64,000 nt of DNA from a virus: the IMG/VR virus record IMGVR_UViG_3300009030_000001, positions 1 to 64,000 of that record. One strand, given 5' to 3'. This document shows, piece by piece, positions 31,043 to 39,913 of this stretch (position 1 is the first letter of the stretch; each line of letters begins with the position of its first letter). The translations under genes were made by a program, and so were the position numbers. The notes under the pieces are model-generated. The model saw only the letters and a program-made list of their open reading frames with translations, did not search any database and was not told where the DNA came from.

Positions 31043-32072
31043 CCGGACGATAGGACTAGGCGCGACGGACTCGGCCGGGCTCGCGAACAAAGGATGGAAG
31101 ACCAGAGTTCGGATCTACCGGGAGACCATCGGTGAGGTGAAGCAGGACGAAGACCTTCCCGAGGTTGTGAAGATGGGGATCATCCTGGAGCCGGTGGTGG
31201 CGGATCTTTACACGGCACAAACGGGAGTCAAGTTGGCGAGGGTGAACAAGACGCTGCGCCACCGCGAACACGACTTCATCGTGTGCCATCCGGATCGGCG
31301 AGTGATCGGATCGGTTGGCAAGAAGATCGTCGAGATCAAGAACGCGTTTCCGCGGAACCAGGAACAGCGGGACCGATGGGGCAAGGAGGGGTCCGACCAA
31401 GTCGCAGCCTACATCCTGTTCCAGGTGCAGCATCAGATGGCGGTGACTGGTGCGGAGGTTTGCGACGTCGCGGTGCTGATCAACGGCCACGACTTCCGGA
31501 TCTACACCGTGCCGCGCGACGAGGCGTTGATTCTCTTCATCATCGAGAACGCCCAACGGTTCTGGCACGACCACGTCATGCCGAGGATTCCACCAGAGCC
31601 GACGCTGGCCCAGGAAGATCTCGACTTCGCGTATCCCACATCGAACGGGGTCGCGGTCATGGCGGACGCGGATGCGGAACAGGCGATGTTGGAGTACGCT
31701 GCGTACAAGCAGTTGGAGAATCTTGCGGAGAAGAAGTGCAAAGCCCTTCGCCCGATCCTTCACAAGGCGCTCGGCAACAACGAACGGTTCGATAAGGCAA
31801 CCGGAAAGTTGGACAAGGACGGCAAGCCGATCGTCGAGACGTTGCTGTCCTACAAGCACCAGAGCAGCTTCAGTTGGGACACCGGGAGGATCGAGGTTCA
31901 GTGCGAACGTACGCCCGACAGGAGTTACACGCTCGAAGAGTTGCGACAGGAGTTCAAAACCCAGAAGACTTGGCGAGTCATGCGGGTAAAGAAGGCACTG
32001 ACCGCTATAGTGGGAGCAGTGACGCCGGGCGTTCCGGCGTTGAACCAAGAAAACGAACAGGAAGAATCATGA
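31011..32072 (+). CDS. YqaJ-like recombination exonuclease
   Basis: R..GLGATD, G.ILEPVVA, HPDR, VEIK, Y..QVQHQMAV, FW..HV....PP. Confidence 0.9.
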   Translation: MTTTKGPPVHDRTIGLGATDSAGLANKGWKTRVRIYRETIGEVKQDEDLPEVVKMGIILEPVVADLYTAQTGVKLARVNKTLRHREHDFIVCHPDRRVIGSVGKKIVEIKNAFPRNQEQRDRWGKEGSDQVAAYILFQVQHQMAVTGAEVCDVAVLINGHDFRIYTVPRDEALILFIIENAQRFWHDHVMPRIPPEPTLAQEDLDFAYPTSNGVAVMADADAEQAMLEYAAYKQLENLAEKKCKALRPILHKALGNNERFDKATGKLDKDGKPIVETLLSYKHQSSFSWDTGRIEVQCERTPDRSYTLEELRQEFKTQKTWRVMRVKKALTAIVGAVTPGVPALNQENEQEES

Positions 32073-32593
32073 AGACCATCGAGTACAGGACACGCACGGA
32101 CAAGTTGGAACAATGGGGCGCTGGTCCCTGGGTCGACGAACCCGACAAGAAGCAGTGGCCAGATGCATCGACCGACATGCCTTGCCTGATTGTCCGTAGC
32201 CGCAGAGGGGCGTTGTGTGGATACGTTGGTGTGCCTCCAGGGCATCCCGCGCATGGTGCCCACTACGACAGCGTGGATCCACATCCCGACAACGTGGAGT
32301 TGACGTTTTCGGAATCGTGTGATCCAAAAGGAGAATCGGAACCGGAGCATCACATCTGCCACATCGTAGAACCGGGCGAACCGGATGACGTGTGGTGGCT
32401 AGGATTCGACTGCGCCCACTATGATGACTATGTCCCAGGGATGGATGTCGGATGCGATGATCGGAGTAGCTACAAGGAGATCGCCTACGTTGAAGAACAG
32501 TGCGCGGCATTGGCGCATCACATGAAGCACCGATTCCGTGTGGGAATCATCGCTATGATCCGACGCATCTTCACAAGGGGGTCGGGATCATGA
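32069..32593 (+). CDS. Conserved phage protein (CGYV...WWLGFDCAH family)
   Basis: GPW.DEPD, GALCGYVGVP.GHP, LTFS, WWLGFDCAH. Confidence 0.7.
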   Translation: MKTIEYRTRTDKLEQWGAGPWVDEPDKKQWPDASTDMPCLIVRSRRGALCGYVGVPPGHPAHGAHYDSVDPHPDNVELTFSESCDPKGESEPEHHICHIVEPGEPDDVWWLGFDCAHYDDYVPGMDVGCDDRSSYKEIAYVEEQCAALAHHMKHRFRVGIIAMIRRIFTRGSGS

Positions 32594-33981
32594 CGGAAGA
32601 ACAGACAGTCGAAGCGGACGCACCTCCTGCTGAGAAGAAGCCACCGACGGAGGCCGAGAAGGAAGCGTTCATGCTGGCGCCGGTCGGGAACCGAACCAGT
32701 CTCGACCTATTGCTCAAACAGAAGTCGGATGCGCTGATTGAGTTGGTCGGCAAGCCGAAGATCGCGCGGTTCCTCGCCATCGTGAAGACGCAGAGTCGAC
32801 GCCAGCCCGAGTTGCTGGAATGCACCCGCGAATCGATGATGGACGCGGTGATCCTGTGCGCGCTGACCGGATGCATGCCGGGCCCGATGGGTCACATGTA
32901 CCTGATTCCGCGATACAACAAGCACAACCGGGACGAGAACAACAAGCCGCGACAAGAGGTGTCGCCGATGCTGGGCTACAAGGGCCTGCTCAAGCTGAGT
33001 CGGGATCATCCAATGGTTGCGCTGGCCGAAGCGAAGGTGGTGTACGACGGCGACGATTTCCACGTTGACCACGGCAACCACACCATCCGACACATCGAAA
33101 ATGCGAAGAGCAAGACCGGCGACAAGGTGACGCACGCGTACTCGCGGGTCTATCTCAAGGCAGCGATGGATTACCCGCTGATCCATGTGTTCAACCGTGA
33201 GCAGATCGAGGCAGCGCGTGCGAAGTCGCAGAAGCCGACCGGATCCTTTTGGAAGGACAATTACGCGGCGATGTCGTGCAAGTCGGTAATCCGATCGCAC
33301 CACAACGGCGGGCAGGTTCCGCTGACCGACGCCCTCGAAGACGCGATCAGTCAGGAGTTGGAAGAGGAGTTCAAGGAGGCCGACGTGATCGTGCACGACG
33401 TCGCAGGCAGCGGGGTCGGAGCGTTGAAGGCGCAGCTTGGAATCACCGACCCGACGGACGATGGGGCAGCGGACGACGGATACCCCGACGCGCAGACGGA
33501 GGTTGACGCCAACCGTGGTGGTGTCGCGCATGACGACGACGGCGACCTGACGGTGATGCCGTGCGGCACGTGCGACCAGCCGGTGGAATTCACCGGGTCT
33601 GCTCCAGAGGATTGCCCCCACTGCGGATCCAAGCTCGGAATCCGAACGAGCGCAGGAGGCGGCGCCGCTCCGGGCACCTTCGAGGGTGCCGAACAGGCGC
33701 ACGGCGAGCGAGCGAGACGGATTGACGCGGAACGCGCCGCCGATGAGTCGAAGGATCAGGGCGTGGAAAACCCGCCGCCCAATTCCGACCGCGACATCAT
33801 CATGGAGGACATCGCGAAGCAGACAGAGCGGTTGCAAATCAACCGTGCCTCAGTTATGCGCGAAGCCAGCCTCGTGCTTGGCAAGTCGTGCACCGATCTC
33901 GGAGAACTTCACATCGACACGCTGTCCGGATTGCTTGGCGCCCTGGAATCGAAGACCGAAGAGGATTTTTTGCCTTTCTGA
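32590..33981 (+). CDS. recT: RecT-family recombinase with acidic/Zn-ribbon C-terminal extension
   Basis: L.EC...S, G..YLIP, GYKGLL.L, VY.GD.F, W...Y.AM..KSV; CxxC...CPHC later in the protein. Confidence 0.85.
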   Translation: MTEEQTVEADAPPAEKKPPTEAEKEAFMLAPVGNRTSLDLLLKQKSDALIELVGKPKIARFLAIVKTQSRRQPELLECTRESMMDAVILCALTGCMPGPMGHMYLIPRYNKHNRDENNKPRQEVSPMLGYKGLLKLSRDHPMVALAEAKVVYDGDDFHVDHGNHTIRHIENAKSKTGDKVTHAYSRVYLKAAMDYPLIHVFNREQIEAARAKSQKPTGSFWKDNYAAMSCKSVIRSHHNGGQVPLTDALEDAISQELEEEFKEADVIVHDVAGSGVGALKAQLGITDPTDDGAADDGYPDAQTEVDANRGGVAHDDDGDLTVMPCGTCDQPVEFTGSAPEDCPHCGSKLGIRTSAGGGAAPGTFEGAEQAHGERARRIDAERAADESKDQGVENPPPNSDRDIIMEDIAKQTERLQINRASVMREASLVLGKSCTDLGELHIDTLSGLLGALESKTEEDFLPF

Positions 33982-33984
33982 GCC

Positions 33985-34206
33985 ATGAAGACAACCGAGT
34001 TCAACCCTGCGTTCCTCTGCATCTACTGCGAGAAGCCTGTGGAGGAGTTGAGCGTCGGCGGGAGTGCCGTCTGTCCGTGGTGTGACAGCGGATACCACCG
34101 TGACGGCACGAAGTGGACCTACCGCGAGATGGTCAAGCTCTTCGAGAACGGGAGGCGACGGATTGAATCTGACGACAAGGCCCGGGCTGCGGGAGGGGGG
34201 CCGTGA
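33985..34206 (+). CDS. Small Zn-finger protein (paralog of 28688-28906)
   Basis: CIYC...VCPWCDSGYHRDGTKWTY. Confidence 0.65.
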   Translation: MKTTEFNPAFLCIYCEKPVEELSVGGSAVCPWCDSGYHRDGTKWTYREMVKLFENGRRRIESDDKARAAGGGP

Positions 34207-34952
34207 ACAGAAATACGTTGAAGAAGCTCCGACGTGGGATCCGAGATCGCGAAGCCCAACACGAACGTGCCGAGGACTACGCGACCAACGCGGCATGGCG
34301 ACTCCGAAAGATCTGCGCAAGCGGTCGAAATGAGCGCGGGGATTTCGATACATCGGCTGCCGCGTCGGGTGCTGCGCGGTTCCTGTCTCTACTAGTACAC
34401 AACGATTGGGATAGCGGCGAATTCCTCTGCGTCGAATGGGCTTTGGATCGCCTCTTGGGCGAGTTTGTGAAACGGCACGCTCGCTGTGTAGACAGAATTC
34501 ACCACGCCTTACAGCACGGTGCCCATGATCGCAGGAACCCGATCGTCTGGAACGATTTGGACAACTCAGCATTCTTCGTTCCATGTCCATTGGATGATCG
34601 ACACGACGACCGCCGTGCATTCGTCCTCGATTCGCAGGGCCGCAGCACTCTATTCGTCCAGGAAAGAAACGCGGCACTTGAGAGCCGCACGATTCACGTC
34701 CGCCACCTTCATAGACGCACCGGGTCCAGCGGACTGCGGGAGCAACGGAGTCTCGCTTCCTATATTCGCGATGGTATGAAGCTGGAGTACAACGACTGTC
34801 GTGACGCTGGCTACATCCTGTCGTGCAGTTGGGGAGGCATCCCGAAAGAGGCAACCGTCGACCGCGGACATCTCCATTTCTCGGAGATCACACACATTCT
34901 GTGGTGGTTGCGGCAGGCACTGGAAGCGGTCAAAACGGGATGCTCCCCATGA
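34203..34952 (+). CDS. Hypothetical protein
   Basis: 249-aa ORF coupled on both sides. Confidence 0.55.
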   Translation: MNRNTLKKLRRGIRDREAQHERAEDYATNAAWRLRKICASGRNERGDFDTSAAASGAARFLSLLVHNDWDSGEFLCVEWALDRLLGEFVKRHARCVDRIHHALQHGAHDRRNPIVWNDLDNSAFFVPCPLDDRHDDRRAFVLDSQGRSTLFVQERNAALESRTIHVRHLHRRTGSSGLREQRSLASYIRDGMKLEYNDCRDAGYILSCSWGGIPKEATVDRGHLHFSEITHILWWLRQALEAVKTGCSP

Positions 34953-35584
34953 CGAGAACCGAGGTCGAGATAGCTCTCGCAGTCATCGCTTTCCAAGAAG
35001 ATGAAGGGTACGAGACGTTCAAGGAAGTCTTCTACGAGGGGTGGACTGCCGACATCGTCTCGACCAGAGGTCGGGACACGATCGTAACCGAGGCCAAGCT
35101 GTCCCGGTCAATCGCAGTGGTCACGCAAGCGACTCGCTGGAAAGGCTATGCCACTCAAATCTACGTCGCAGTGCCGAAGCGGAAACAGGGCGACAGCTAC
35201 GAATGGGATCGTGCGCTGCACCTTGCCGGAATCGGGGAGTTCACGGTTGACGACGAGGGCGAAGTCATTCGTGCACGATCGCCTCTGCGTTGGCGCGTTG
35301 ATGGACTCGGCATTCGCGCAGTCCTGAAAATCCAACACAAGACCTTCGCAGAGGCAGGCAACGCCAAGAGCGAGAGGTGGTCACCGTTCAAGGAGCAGGC
35401 CCGCGCCCTGCTCGCCGCCGTCAAAGCCAAGCCAGGGATCACGCTGCAAGAGTTCACTCGTGGCGACGACTACGCGTCGGCTTCTCTGCGCCGCAACATC
35501 AAGCGCGGTGCCATCAAGGGTCTCGTCGTCAGGTCAGGCAAGGTCTACGAGGAAGGATTCAATCGGCATAAGTTCAAGCAGTAG
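34949..35584 (+). CDS. PD-(D/E)XK nuclease-like protein (MmcB-like)
   Basis: KEV...ADIV...TEAKLS...Q...W...YVAVP...GIG. Confidence 0.65.
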   Translation: MTRTEVEIALAVIAFQEDEGYETFKEVFYEGWTADIVSTRGRDTIVTEAKLSRSIAVVTQATRWKGYATQIYVAVPKRKQGDSYEWDRALHLAGIGEFTVDDEGEVIRARSPLRWRVDGLGIRAVLKIQHKTFAEAGNAKSERWSPFKEQARALLAAVKAKPGITLQEFTRGDDYASASLRRNIKRGAIKGLVVRSGKVYEEGFNRHKFKQ

Positions 35585-35595
35585 GAGAAGATCCG

Positions 35596-35802
35596 ATGAC
35601 GACGACCGTAGGCGAAGACTTTCCAGTTCAGCAGGCCCGCGTCCGCACGATCAGAGGGCACGCAGCCGAGATCGGCCCCTCGGGCGGGTTCCTCGTGGCG
35701 ATGTGCGACCAAGCCTTGAAGGAGGCCGAAGAGGCTGCGATCAGCGGCGACGTGGTTCGCATCCTTACGGCCTACAAGCGGCTCCAGGAGTTCCAAGAAT
35801 GA
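35596..35802 (+). CDS. Hypothetical protein
   Basis: AGGAG RBS; 68 aa. Confidence 0.6.
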   Translation: MTTTVGEDFPVQQARVRTIRGHAAEIGPSGGFLVAMCDQALKEAEEAAISGDVVRILTAYKRLQEFQE

Positions 35803-35972
35803 AGGCCCTGACCATCCGCGAGGTGCGCGATGCCCTGGAAGACTAGACACCAACACTCTTTGGCGTGGTAGACTGGCCTTCTCCATCGCGGGCAACCGTC
35901 GATCGCGGGGGGTGGTTCCAAGCCGCCCTGCCCAGCGGTGGTTTTCTTGGACGCATCACTTGGAGGTGCAAC

Positions 35973-36437
35973 GTGAAGACAATCGAAGAACGGTTCTGGG
36001 CGAAGGTCGAGAAGAGACCTGACGGATGCTGGGAGTGGACCGGGGGCACAACAGGGAGCACCGGCTACGGCCAGTTTTGGGTAAAGCATCGGCACCAACT
36101 GGCTCACCGATTCTCTTACACGGTGATTCACGGCTTGGAGATCCCTCCAGGGCTGACCATCGACCACCTGTGTCGGAACCGGCTGTGCGTGAATCCGGCT
36201 CACCTAGAGCCCGTGACCAATCGGGTGAACGTCCTGCGAGGTAATGGGCCTGCGGCCCGGAACGCGAAGAAGACCCACTGCAAACGCGGCCACGAGTTCA
36301 CGCCAGAAAACACCTATCGACAACGCCGCAAGAGGGGAGTCGTCGCTAGGTTGCGTCGGACGTGTCGGACGTGCCGGCGCCGCCTCGAACATGAGTATCG
36401 GAGGAGGGTGCGATTATCGGCACGGCCGAAGTCGTAG
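35973..36437 (+). CDS. HNH endonuclease
   Basis: GGAGG + GTG start; ERFWAKV...CWEW...GYG...AHR...IDHLCRNRLCVNPAHLEPVT..VN. Confidence 0.9.
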   Translation: MKTIEERFWAKVEKRPDGCWEWTGGTTGSTGYGQFWVKHRHQLAHRFSYTVIHGLEIPPGLTIDHLCRNRLCVNPAHLEPVTNRVNVLRGNGPAARNAKKTHCKRGHEFTPENTYRQRRKRGVVARLRRTCRTCRRRLEHEYRRRVRLSARPKS

Positions 36438-36640
36438 GTGTCGGACCCCACCCCACGTCGCGTTGGGCGGGCCCAGTAGCGGTACACTGGCTCCTAGCGA
36501 GACCAAGGGCGATCGAGACGCCAATCCCCTGCAAGGGCGCACTGGGCCTGTGGGACGTCCCTGGGGACATCTTGGAACGGCTCGTCGTATCCGGCGTGGC
36601 GGAATACACCGATCCGCCGAAAAAGGTGGAGAAGGCTTGA
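36407..36640 (+). pseudogene. C-terminal remnant of an ASCH-domain gene (N-terminal stub MKALTIR at 35799)
   Basis: Start-less frame reading GAIIGTAEVV...HWLL..PR.IETPIPCKGALGLWDV. Confidence 0.65.
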
Positions 36641-36665
36641 ACAATCCCACCCCTCCCCTATATTG
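36637..36665 (+). promoter_or_regulatory. Promoter family copy B
   Basis: TTGAAC aatcccacccctcccc TATATTG. Confidence 0.65.
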
Positions 36666-36709
36666 ATACCCGTTGGCCAAGTTGGTCAGCAGAACCAGGA
36701 ACACGGAAC

Positions 36710-37156
36710 ATGACCAAAACGATCGAAACCCTCTCTCCCAACGACACCGGCAAGGCGCTCCGCGCCGCACTGAAGACGACTTTTCCCGGCGTGAAATTCA
36801 GCGTTCGCAAGGACGGCTACAACACTTTCCGGATCCGTTGGACCGATGGACCGATGCAAACGGAAGTCGACGTGATCGCGAACGCGTTCCAGGGAACGAC
36901 CTTCGACGGTTCTACCGACTCGACGATCTACCTCCATACGCAGATCGAATGGAATGGCGGGATCTACGAGACCGGCGCCGGATACGTCTTCACTAGCCGC
37001 GATCTGAGCGATGGGTGGAAAGCCGCCGCAGAAGAACGCATCCGATTCCTCGGCTACAACGGCAGCGACTTGGACATGGCTTGCGCCATTCGGATGTTCC
37101 TCAACGGGGAGAGCATCGAGAGTGCTGCGCACCACAACCACCTTCAACTGAACTAG
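36710..37156 (+). CDS. LPD29 (large polyvalent protein-associated domain 29) protein
   Basis: K.LR.ALK..FPGVKFSVR......I.WTDGP....V......F.G..FDG..D. Confidence 0.75.
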   Translation: MTKTIETLSPNDTGKALRAALKTTFPGVKFSVRKDGYNTFRIRWTDGPMQTEVDVIANAFQGTTFDGSTDSTIYLHTQIEWNGGIYETGAGYVFTSRDLSDGWKAAAEERIRFLGYNGSDLDMACAIRMFLNGESIESAAHHNHLQLN

Positions 37157-37159
37157 AAC

Positions 37160-37534
37160 ATGAAGACCGTCGAACAACGCGGTCAGGAACCGACACTCGA
37201 ATGCAAAGGACTCTGCCAGGACTCGTGCGGCCCAGTCCCCATGACCGCGGAACAGGTGGCGACTCTCCAAGACGCCAGCGGCGAGACCTACAGCGTGAGT
37301 CCGTTTCCGATGTTTCCCACCATGTTCATCTTGCAGCTACAGGAAGGTGGCTACTGCCCCGCTCTAGATGTCGAGAGTGGCAAGTGCAAGGGCTACGAGG
37401 GGCGCCCGAGAATCTGCCGACTGTTCGGTATGGTCGAGAAGATGAAATGTCCACACGGGTGCGAGCCGTCCCGGTGGATCACTGACGAGGAAGCGGCGAT
37501 CATGATTCCAACCATCATCAGATCGGAGGACTAG
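37160..37534 (+). CDS. YkgJ-like Cys-cluster (Zn/Fe-S) protein
   Basis: CKGLCQDSC...CPAL....C..YE.RP.ICRLFG...CPHGC. Confidence 0.75.
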   Translation: MKTVEQRGQEPTLECKGLCQDSCGPVPMTAEQVATLQDASGETYSVSPFPMFPTMFILQLQEGGYCPALDVESGKCKGYEGRPRICRLFGMVEKMKCPHGCEPSRWITDEEAAIMIPTIIRSED

Positions 37535-37536
37535 CC

Positions 37537-38080
37537 ATGCCACAGGAACCGAAACCAGTCTGGTCGGCCCTTCACAAGCTGTGGACGAAGGCCGTCGGTA
37601 CTCCCGACTACGACAAGAAGGAATGGCAAGCGTTCGAACTGCTCGTCTGCGGGACAGATAGGGACGGACTGTCAGCGTATCGGGACGACACGCCCACCGG
37701 CAAAAGTCCGGGAGGGTTCCAACTACCGGAGCCATCGGCGAAAGCGAAGGCGGTCAACGTCCTGAGCGAATTGATCGGCGGCGAGTTCCCGTACGACCCG
37801 TCACCGGAGGAGTGCAGGAACCGGGAAGCGTTGATGGACAAGGTATCCGATGCCGTAGATCACATCATCGCTGCGTCGGTGAATGAAACCCTTGGAAGAT
37901 TCCGACCGACATAAGAGGCAAGACATGACACACCACCCCCGAGAGTGGCCGAAAGAACAGGAACCGATCGACTGGGATTACGGCGTCGACCACAAGATGT
38001 CAGGCGTGGCGCTGGTCTTGTTGGTGGCGGCGTTCGTTGGGTGCTTTTGGGGAGTGTCTGGATTCTGGGGGTTCATCTGA
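37537..38080 (+). other. Two hypothetical genes (37537-37914; ~37926-38080, membrane peptide)
   Basis: RBS-preceded ORFs; the second has a hydrophobic helix. Confidence 0.5.
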
Positions 38081-38089
38081 TGCAAATTT

Positions 38090-38162
38090 GCCGCCAATGG
38101 TTGAGCCGGAGGTCTGCTTTCATCCTCCTGGTGGCGAGGTTCGATTCCTCGCGGCGGCACCA
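38090..38162 (+). tRNA. Degenerate tRNA / tRNA-like element
   Basis: Acceptor GCCGCC/GGCGGC + A + CCA; perfect T-arm CGAGG-TTCGATT-CCTCG; no D-arm; 11-nt central loop containing CTTTCAT. Confidence 0.55.
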
Positions 38163-38242
38163 TCTTGAGGTAGCTGTTACCTCTTTACAGCCCAGCCATG
38201 GGCGCCATCAATCCACAGGCCCGCAAGGGAAGGAAAACGACA

Positions 38243-38872
38243 ATGGCAGACAAAGTAGAAAGGCTAGTAATCCCCCGTCCGAATCTCCAAACCATCAAGA
38301 TTCCGATTCGTGGAACTGCGCCATACGTGCAGCATAAGTTCTCTGCGAAGGTTAGCCAGGAGATGCTACAAGCGCAGGTGGATGGGGCCAAGTCGAAGAA
38401 CCGCAAAAAGACAAAGCCGCGCGACGTCGATGCGGACTACGAGAGCGCCATCCACTACTCGACGGAGGGGTGGATCGGCATCCCTGCGCCAGCATTCCGT
38501 AGCGCGTGCATCCGAGCGTGCAAACTCGTCGGCATCGAGATGACGATGGCTAGAATGTCGGTGTTCATCGAGCCCGACGGATTCGATGCTGACGAAGGGA
38601 CGCCGCTTGTCCGCATCTATGGTAAACCAGAACGGAACGAGTCCCCCGTCCGGATCGGACAGGGTACCGTTACCATCGCCATCCGCCCAATGTGGCGAAA
38701 GTGGACGGCCAAGGTCAAGGTCACGTTCGATGGCGACCAGTTCTCAGCACAAGACGTGCTCAACCTGATGCATCGCGCAGGGCTCCAAGTTGGAGTCGGG
38801 GAGGGTCGTCCCTTCTCCAAGAAGAGCGATGGGGTGGGGTGGGGTACCTTCGAAGTAGATGATACCAAATGA
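38243..38872 (+). CDS. RAMP/Cas7-like RNA-binding protein (Vipr-like)
   Basis: N-terminal strand I.GTAP, IPA.AFR.A, R....W...V, and a C-terminal Gly-rich loop AGLQVGVGEGRP...GWGTFEV typical of RAMPs; lies next to the GGY-NN array. Confidence 0.75.
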   Translation: MADKVERLVIPRPNLQTIKIPIRGTAPYVQHKFSAKVSQEMLQAQVDGAKSKNRKKTKPRDVDADYESAIHYSTEGWIGIPAPAFRSACIRACKLVGIEMTMARMSVFIEPDGFDADEGTPLVRIYGKPERNESPVRIGQGTVTIAIRPMWRKWTAKVKVTFDGDQFSAQDVLNLMHRAGLQVGVGEGRPFSKKSDGVGWGTFEVDDTK

Positions 38873-39342
38873 TGAACGACGAACAACTGGCAGCCTTGCA
38901 GGCTATCTATGACCGCGATGGGAACCTCAAGGCCAGCACTGTGCTGGCCGAGGCGACTCCGCCGGATGCTCCGTGCCACTCGCTGTTTGAGTGGGATGTG
39001 GAGAAGGCGGCACGGGAATTCAACCTCGACATTGCGCGGCAAATATGCCGGACCGTCGTCATCAGTCATGATGGTTTGGCGGAACGGTTGGTCAACGTCC
39101 CATCAATCCGGCGGGAGGGTGAGGAAAGTCAAGAGGGCTACTACCAGTTCCCGGGTGTGATGGTGCAGGACGAACACGATCGAGCGATGGGTCAGGCGTT
39201 GTCGGCGCTGCACGCGGCCCATGAGAATGTCGATGTGCTTGCCAAGGGTCCGAAGGGTTCACCTAACCTGAGGAAGGCGTTGAAAGGCATCAAGAGGGCT
39301 CAGGATCTCCTAGAATCTGAGCGTCAAGGCCCGGCGTCGTGA
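38869..39342 (+). CDS. Accessory protein of the RAMP-like locus
   Basis: L..IY..DG.L....V...A......H..FEWD...AA......AR...R; coupled to the RAMP gene, and its stop abuts the array. Confidence 0.7.
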   Translation: MMNDEQLAALQAIYDRDGNLKASTVLAEATPPDAPCHSLFEWDVEKAAREFNLDIARQICRTVVISHDGLAERLVNVPSIRREGEESQEGYYQFPGVMVQDEHDRAMGQALSALHAAHENVDVLAKGPKGSPNLRKALKGIKRAQDLLESERQGPAS

Positions 39343-39660
39343 GGCTGGGCAAGGCAGGTACTGCGAGGCACGGCAGGCAATGCGCGGCGTGGCACGGCGA
39401 GGCGGGGCAGGGCGTGGCTCGGTCCGGCACGGCACGGCAGGCGGGGCGCGGCGGGGCCTGGCCCGGCATGGCGAGGCGCGGCACGGCACGGCAGGCGAGG
39501 CGGGGCAGGGCGTGGCTCGGTCCGGCACGGCACGGCAGGCGTAGCGCGGTGTGGATAGGCAAGGCATGGCGAGGGCGGGCATGGCAAGGCAATGCAGGCA
39601 TGGCACGGTGTGGCTTGGCAGGGCGCGGTACGGCACGGCTTGGCAAAGCAGGCATGGCAT
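39343..39660 (+). ncRNA. GGY-NN pentamer array punctuated by 4-nt NGCA units (VIPR-like guide RNA array)
   Basis: ~58 pentamers of GGY + variable dinucleotide, split by seven GGCA/TGCA/AGCA units into blocks of 2, 3, 12, 10, 8, 11 and 10, plus 2 terminal pentamers. Confidence 0.75.
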
Positions 39661-39835
39661 AGTTTCCCACGACAAATGAACCAAGGTGCAGGCAGCCCAG
39701 AACAAATACCGCCGGTCAGGAGCCGGCTTGGCCTATCTGGTTTGCGTCTTCGTTCGAGGCAAACACCAACCCAATAACGGTGCTGCCTGCACCGACTTCT
39801 ACGATGATGGATTCGACGAAACCTCAAGATTCCAG

Positions 39836-39864
39836 TTGAACAAACCAACCTGACCCCCATACTG
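39836..39864 (+). promoter_or_regulatory. Promoter family copy C (upstream of ATPase-TIGR unit)
   Basis: TTGAAC aaaccaacctgacccc CATACTG. Confidence 0.65.
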
Positions 39865-39913
39865 CACACAGGCTGATCGAGTTGGTCAGCTAGAACACGA
39901 AAAAGGAACGGCC

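Noticed and set aside
6698-34854. Long antisense ORFs (e.g. 6698-7942, 31056-32048, 32707-33837)
   Set aside because: They lie opposite well-supported genes and are typical high-GC codon shadows with no recognisable motifs.
35847-36437. Group I intron carrying the HNH
   Set aside because: The HNH overlaps the downstream ASCH remnant, leaving no room for an intron core, and the joined exons would lack the ASCH middle.
38090-38162. tRNA-Sec or UGA suppressor (loop contains TCA)
   Set aside because: It has no long variable arm, no D-arm, an A rather than G discriminator, and no canonical 7-nt anticodon loop.
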